Positions 1 through 5,000 of a stretch of DNA of 5,000 bases are shown piece by piece (the stretch's first letter is position 1; every line of letters begins with the position of its first letter). Below the pieces are notes generated by a model, which searched no databases, was not told the origin of the DNA, and was given only the letters and a program-made list of their open reading frames with translations. Source of the DNA: Octopus sinensis (Eukaryota); contig NW_021830334.1 in the NCBI RefSeq assembly GCF_006345805.1, forward strand, positions 1-5,000. The letters run 5' to 3'. The position numbers and the translations under genes were made by a program.

Positions 1-61
1 GGAATTTGATTTAGTTTTTCTAAATTGAATTCTTTTTCCTTGAAAGTTTGTTTTAATCCAT

Positions 62-65
<4 letters not shown>

Positions 66-107
<42 letters not shown>

Positions 108-108
108 T

Positions 109-143
<35 letters not shown>
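66..143. repeat. (TA)n microsatellite with minor interruptions
   Basis: Directly visible AT dinucleotide run. Confidence 0.97.
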
Positions 144-144
<1 letters not shown>

Positions 145-400
145 CCAGCTTAGAGAAGAAGAGAAACGAAACCAAACGAATCGATCGAATCGACGCAAAG
201 GAATTTTATTTAATTCTTTCGCAGGAGGATTAGTTCGGTGAGACGTGTTCTGTCCCCACCTTCGAAACACACTGGAGTGGAACTAGGGACAGCTGATGAA
301 GGGGATTTTCCTTGTGTAGTTGTCTTGTACTCTGTGTTTTCGTTGTTAAAAAATGGTCCGTTGAGTTCTACGTCTATTTGTGGTGTTCTGTACTCACGTA
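144..400 (+). mobile_element. Interspersed repeat remnant, probably a Penelope-like element terminal repeat (pLTR) carrying hammerhead core motifs
   Basis: CpG-rich non-coding island between TA arrays. It contains GAAAC (264-268) and CTGATGAAG (293-301), followed by a T-rich tail resembling that of the PLE remnant at 564-900. No coding homology seen, so the class is inferred. Boundaries approximate. Confidence 0.5.
245..304 (+). ncRNA. Candidate hammerhead ribozyme with atypical strand order (cleavage strand, then GAAA strand, then CUGAUGA strand)
   Basis: Stem III: GTGT 245-248 / ACAC 267-270, putative H17 = T249 (GUU site). Stem I: CTGTCCC 250-256 / GGGACAG 286-292, abutting CTGATGA 293-299. 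Stem II: GGGG 301-304 / CTTC 260-263, abutting GAAA 264-267. Confidence 0.45.
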
Positions 401-485
401 TATATATTTATATATGCATGTATATATACACGTAGGTGTAGGTACTACATATATGTTTGTATGTATGCATATATTTTATTTATTA

Positions 486-488
<3 letters not shown>

Positions 489-531
<43 letters not shown>

Positions 532-552
532 TATATATATATAATATATATA
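489..552. repeat. (TA)n microsatellite
   Basis: Directly visible; separates the two PLE-like remnants. Confidence 0.95.
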
Positions 553-590
553 TTTTTTAATTTAGAGATAGTAACCCTTCAGTTAATAAC

Positions 591-681
591 ATAGAGATTA
601 AGGTAATATCAGCGCATTTAGACAGATTACGGAGGCCACACGATAATAGACAAACCGAGCCTCACCAGAAAACACAAGTGG
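591..681 (+). pseudogene. Decayed C-terminal end of a PLE GIY-YIG endonuclease domain
   Basis: Three frames: IEIKVISAH (from 591), RQITEATR (620-643), IIDKPSLTRKHKW (643-681). Joined, they resemble the R-x-I-x-E-A-x-x-I...KPSLN tail of PLE endonucleases. Short, and needs two frameshifts. Confidence 0.5.
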
Positions 682-754
682 ATTTATCTCTGTGTTGATT
701 GTCGACGACTTTTGCCTGCGCCTTCCTTTCCTTTTTGTATTTTCCTCTGTCTCA

Positions 755-791
755 TGCTTCTGAAGAAGAGCTTTGCTCGAAACATAAAATA
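755..791 (+). ncRNA. Minimal type I hammerhead ribozyme motif (PLE-type), degenerate
   Basis: CTGAAGA 760-766, extra A767, stem II GAGC 768-771 / GCTC 775-778 with TTT loop, GAAA 779-782. Then C-A-T-A, where the intact form would be ACGT plus H. Weak stem I TGCTT 755-759 / AAATA 787-791. Confidence 0.75.
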
Positions 792-1001
792 CCCTTTCTT
801 TCCTTCTCCGAGAGTCTTATTAATACTTTGTATGTACCACGTCCACGCGTTGTTGTTTATACATATTGGGGATAAAAAAGGTAGTCGGAATGTTGGATGC
901 TTATATATTTTTATTTACATTTAAGCGCTTTCTTCGGTTATCGAATTTATCAAAAAATTTTGTTTCGCTTTTTTATATAAAACTGAAAGTGATGATGTTT
1001 T

Positions 1002-1065
<64 letters not shown>

Positions 1066-1079
1066 GGGAAAGAGAGGAA
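1002..1079 (+). repeat. (GA)n microsatellite within a 78-nt pure purine tract
   Basis: Only A/G from 1002 to 1079; the purine bias continues to about 1210. Confidence 0.95.
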
Positions 1080-1433
1080 CAAATTAGAAAGGAAGGTATA
1101 GAGATGAGATAGGAGGATAGAGTGGGAAATAGTGAAGACAGAGAAGAGAAAAGAAAGTAGAAGGAATGTCTTGGTGGTTTTCAGAGGAAGGGAAAAAAAA
1201 GAAGAAAGTGTTGGATTTTGTACCAGTGTGGTCAAACTTGCTTGGTTCAATACGCTGTTTCTTTCTTTTGCGCGTGTAAAGCTTTCTGGAATAAATAGAT
1301 AAATAAATAATCGAGTAGAAATTGACCCTGTGCGTGTGTTATATTAAGGCACTATGACCCTCCCCAGACACAAAAGGATTTGCTTCAACACACGATTTCA
1401 CAAGGAATCTTGCAAACCAGATACAAAAACGAA

Positions 1434-1436
<3 letters not shown>

Positions 1437-1492
<56 letters not shown>

Positions 1493-1510
1493 ACATACAT
1501 ATATATATAT

Positions 1511-1552
<42 letters not shown>

Positions 1553-1627
1553 CATATATATATACATATATATATATATCTATATATAATATATATATAC
1601 GTACATACATATATATTATATATATAT

Positions 1628-1662
<35 letters not shown>

Positions 1663-1782
1663 CACACACACATATTTATATATATACACACATACATATA
1701 ATATATATATATATATACACATACATACATACATACATATATACATACATCATATATACATACATACATACATACAATATAT
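1437..1782. repeat. Compound (TA)n / (TACA)n microsatellite
   Basis: Directly visible; TACA orientation on the + strand. Confidence 0.95.
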
Positions 1783-1885
1783 GGTTTAGAGAGTGAGGGA
1801 GATAGCAAGTGAATAGGGAGTCGACATTATCTTTCATCATCCTTATTCACGTGATCATCACCGCCACCACCACACACCCTCAGCA

Positions 1886-1914
1886 CCCCCCCCCCCCCAC
1901 CCCACCCCCACCCC
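1886..1914 (-). other. Predicted G-quadruplex (- strand) / i-motif (+ strand)
   Basis: C13-A-C4-A-C5-A-C4 on +, i.e. four G-runs of 4 or more with 1-nt loops on -. Confidence 0.7.
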
Positions 1915-1968
1915 ACCACCACCTTCATCGTCATCATCATCATCATCATCATTATTGTTGTTGTTGTT
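1915..1968. repeat. Compound trinucleotide repeat (ACC)3-(ATC)n-(ATT)2-(GTT)4
   Basis: Directly visible, all in one phase. Confidence 0.9.
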
Positions 1969-2227
1969 AATTGTCTCCATTGCGTCATCACTACTGGAAG
2001 TCCTAAACACACACACCTTTTATCCGACGCCACCCCAACATTCCACCCTTGCAATCCGTTGCCCACTCATCATTCCTTCCCACTGCCCGCCATCCACTCC
2101 CCCCCCCTGGCTTCTCAACCCCTCAGTAACCCCGAATTCCCCGCAGCGTTTCTGCTATTTCTGCTGTTAATATTTGGAAATATACTAACATCTGGCATGT
2201 TTCACATCAGAAATGATCTGGAAAATA

Positions 2228-2249
2228 CAGACAGACAGACAGACAGACA

Positions 2250-2312
<63 letters not shown>
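2228..2312. repeat. (CAGA)6 followed by about 31 units of (AC)
   Basis: Directly visible. Confidence 0.97.
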
Positions 2313-2313
<1 letters not shown>

Positions 2314-2314
<1 letters not shown>

Positions 2315-2626
2315 ATATTTATATATATATATATGAGTGTATATATATATATATATATTTTTATTTATATTAGACGCACATATATATGTATATATATGTG
2401 TATGCATAAATACATATGTATGTGGAAGTGTGTTCGTATGTAAAGGCATGTATGTGTATGTATATACACGCATAAGCTCATATGTGTGAGTGTGTTTTTG
2501 TGTGTGTGTGTCTGTATTTGTATGTATGTATGAGTTTGTATGTATGTATGTATGTATTTATGTATGTATATATGTGTGTATGTATGTATGTGTGTATGTA
2601 TATATGTGTGTATGTATGTATGTATG

Positions 2627-2660
<34 letters not shown>

Positions 2661-2862
2661 TGTATGTATGCATGTATGCATGTATATATGTATGAATGTA
2701 TGCATTCATTATGTATGTATGTATGCATGTATGCATGCATGCATGCTTGTACGTATGTATGCCTGCAAGTATGTATGTATATATGCATGCATGCATGTAT
2801 GTATGTATGACTGCAAGTATGCTTGTATGCATGAATGCATGCAAGTATATATGTATGTATGT
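2314..2862. repeat. Degenerate (TA)n/(TG)n/(TATG)n/(TGCA)n compound microsatellite
   Basis: Directly visible; TATG orientation on +. Confidence 0.93.
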
Positions 2863-3580
2863 TCTTATTCTTTTTTTAATTTCGAATGAATTTTGACTGG
2901 CCACCTATTTGGGAACAACGTTGCGAAGGAAAGCATCTTGTTTTATTCATATTCCTTAAAATCTTAAGAAAGGCTTTCAGATTTTTATAGCCCCAGATAT
3001 TGTGATCCTTTGTAGCATAGGAATTAAGGGTTTGCATTCCCTCCCCAAGATCCCAAGTTCATCCATACTTTGCTCCAGTTGGGTCCATATGTATCTTGTT
3101 GTTCCAATAATAATAAGCATGAAACTGAAAGTGCATCTTGGGGACTGGATTTGCAAACTCTTTATCAATGATCCATAAAGGTCCTCTTTCTCTTGTATTT
3201 GTCTAACAACACGAGTGTCCAGAAGGCAGCTGATTTCCACAACAGAACATACCTTTATTTTTGGTGTCCCAAGTAACAATATCTGGCCGGTTGTGCTTTG
3301 ACTCAATTGCTATTTCAATTTTAAAGTTGTTCCAGTATTCTTTTTACCCGTCGGTCTCAACATGGTCAACATCATCTGTAGGTGCTTTCTTTTTTGTTAT
3401 CCTGTTCCAGACTGTTCTGGCCAACGCATCATGCACCATGGCAAGATAATATCTGGAAGAATATTCTCTTGAAGTTGGCAATAATGTGGTTGATGTCTTC
3501 AGTTTTGGTCTTACACAGCCTGTATTTGTTGTGTGTCAATGTTTTCTGCCTTTTATGTTGTAGGTACTTGAAATTGAACT
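2863..3580 (-). mobile_element. 5'-truncated non-LTR retrotransposon with restriction-like endonuclease (R4/Dong-like): 3' end of ORF plus 3' UTR
   Basis: Minus-strand translation gives a decayed Zn knuckle, the RHD-like motif and a PD-(D/E)xK nuclease. Terminal TAA at 2958-2956, about 93 nt of 3' UTR with AATAAA (2947-2942), and an A-rich end at about 2880-2863. Confidence 0.88.
2956..3580 (-). pseudogene. Disrupted Zn-knuckle plus RLE endonuclease coding region
   Basis: KYRLCKTKTEDINHIIA (first Cys now Tyr, 3524-3522); frameshift; SRYYLAMVHDALARTVWN...DG*KEYW (stop 3346-3344)...KHNRPDIVTWD (HNRPDIVTWD 3295-3266); frameshift; VCSVVEISCLLD...EKEDLYGSL...ISGAIKI*KPFLRF* (premature TGA 2979-2977). 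Confidence 0.88.
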
Positions 3581-3663
3581 GTACGTACGTACGCATGTAT
3601 GTATGTGTGTATGACAATACATGACAATATGTATGTATGCGCGTGTGTATGTATATATGCATG
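3581..3663. repeat. Degenerate (TACG)/(TATG) array including a 10-bp tandem duplication ATGACAATA(C/T) at 3611-3630
   Basis: Directly visible. Confidence 0.85.
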
Positions 3664-3977
<314 letters not shown>

Positions 3978-3979
<2 letters not shown>

Positions 3980-3983
3980 ATAT

Positions 3984-4048
<65 letters not shown>
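3978..4048. repeat. (TA)n microsatellite at the SINE tail
   Basis: Directly visible. Confidence 0.93.
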
Positions 4049-4051
<3 letters not shown>

Positions 4052-4137
4052 GGTATTGATATGAATGCCTGTATGTATGTATTTTCATGTCGTCGAAGTC
4101 GTTGTCTTCATTGATTAACGATAGATAAAAAACGATA

Positions 4138-4205
4138 TCTTCTTCTTCTTTTCCTTCTTTCTTTCTTTCTTTCTTTCTTTCTATCTATCTATCTATCTAT
4201 CTATC

Positions 4206-4237
<32 letters not shown>

Positions 4238-4585
4238 TGTATGTATGTATGTATGTATGTATGTATGTATGTATGTATGCATGTATGTATGTATGCATGT
4301 ATGTATGTATGCATGTATGTATGTATGTATGTATGTATGTATGTATGTATGTGTGTATGCATGTATGTATGTATGTATGTATGTGTGTCTGTGTATGTAT
4401 GTATGTATGTATGTATGTAGGTATGTATGTATGTATGTATGTATGTATGTATGTATGTATGTATGCATGTATGTATGTATGTATGTGTGTCTGTGTATGT
4501 ATGTATGTATGTATGTATGTATGTATGTATGTATGTATGTATGTATGTATGTATGTATGTATGTATGTATGTATGTGTGCATGTA
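4138..4585. repeat. Compound microsatellite (TCT)n-(CTTT)n-(CTAT)n-(GTAT)n
   Basis: Directly visible; long TATG array from about 4209. Confidence 0.96.
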
Positions 4586-4749
4586 TTGTAAAGTCCATTT
4601 TCTCAAAATAGAGTTACCGCTATTCTTGAAATAGCTTTAAAATAATAATCCTATTTATATACGCAAATGCATGTGTGTATGTTTTATCATATATGAAGAA
4701 TAACAGCGGAATATTTATTGATGCAATGACTCTATTTTGAGAATACATG
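4580..4749. repeat. Fold-back inverted repeat, possibly a MITE-like element
   Basis: TTCTCAAAATAGAGT 4600-4614 is the exact reverse complement of ACTCTATTTTGAGAA 4729-4743. Inner arms CCGCT-ATTCTT 4617-4627 / AAGAAT-aac-AGCGG 4696-4709. Outer CATGTA 4580-4585 / TACATG 4744-4749. Confidence 0.7.
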
Positions 4750-4751
4750 TA

Positions 4752-4832
4752 TACATACATATTATATACATACATACGTACATACATATTATATACATAC
4801 ATACGTACATACATATTATATACATACATACG
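4752..4832. repeat. Three perfect 27-bp tandem units (TACATACATATTATATACATACATACG) within a (TACA)n array extending to about 4890
   Basis: Units at 4752-4778, 4779-4805 and 4806-4832. Confidence 0.92.
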
Positions 4833-5000
4833 TACATACATACATGCATACATACATACATACATGCATGCATATATACATATGTACACTCGCTCATGAC
4901 AAGTAAAAGGGTGGAGATATTGGTATCACGTCTATTCTTTGGTTACGACCGTTTCAACAGCTAAATCGTTCAGCAAGGTAGAAAACATGAATAAAAAGAA

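Larger units (their letters stand above)
564..900 (+). mobile_element. 5'-truncated Penelope-like element 3' end (GIY-YIG tail plus 3' region/pLTR with hammerhead)
   Basis: Frameshifted GIY-YIG-type C-terminal peptide, then a pyrimidine-rich segment and a CTGAAGA-stem-GAAAC motif. This is the established layout of PLE 3' ends. Boundaries approximate. Confidence 0.65.

Noticed and set aside
175-193. CGAATCGAT-CGAATCGAC tandem 9-mer with internal palindrome TCGATCGA
   Set aside because: Too short to assign a function; probably internal to the repeat family.
201-224. Acceptor-like TTTAATTCTTTCGCAG upstream of the atypical hammerhead
   Set aside because: PLEs can contain introns, but no partner donor is visible and the next frame (GAG GAT TAG) stops at once; cannot be supported.
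971-982. TATA box TATATAAAA as a core promoter
   Set aside because: Expected by chance in this AT-rich context, with no supporting downstream gene.
1339-1808. Multiple overlapping YI/MYVC-rich ORFs, likewise at 61-560, 2207-2904, 4197-4634 and 4620-4964
   Set aside because: They are translations of TA/TATG/CA microsatellites, which lack stop codons in several frames; no coding signal.
2200-2211. Minus-strand CTGATGTGAAAC resembling a hammerhead core
   Set aside because: The core ends in U instead of A, and there is no room for stem II before GAAA.
2059-2230. Hydrophobic stretch FLLFLLLIFGNILTSG after a possible acceptor CCCCGCAG, suggesting a signal-peptide exon
   Set aside because: No convincing donor before the ORF runs into CAGA/CA repeats, and no recognisable homology.
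2977-3306. 109-aa ORF as an intact gene
   Set aside because: It is a frameshift-bounded piece of the RLE pseudogene; its N-terminal part is out of frame with the PD motif.
4940-4983. Possible 17-nt micro-exon (…CAACAG|CTAAATCGTTCAGCAAG|GTAGAA)
   Set aside because: Weak polypyrimidine tract and donor, and no context at the window edge.

Overview
Repeat-saturated, AT-rich eukaryotic non-coding DNA, most likely from a cephalopod (Octopus-type), judged from the SINE and the TA/TATG/TATC microsatellites. No host protein-coding gene is supported; most track ORFs are microsatellite artefacts. Real features: (1) two adjacent + strand Penelope-like element (PLE) remnants. One has a decayed GIY-YIG C-terminus followed by a minimal type I hammerhead ribozyme motif (755-791). 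The other (245-304) has all three hammerhead strands with helices in register, but in a reversed order that fits none of types I, II or III. (2) A 5'-truncated, frameshifted R4/Dong-like RLE non-LTR retrotransposon on the - strand (2863-3580), inside a TATG array. (3) A near full-length tRNA-derived SINE with a Meta-like core (3764-3979). (4) A fold-back/MITE-like inverted repeat (4580-4749) across which the TATG microsatellite flips orientation. The reversed-order hammerhead is the most novel candidate. All family assignments come from motif recognition, not database searches.
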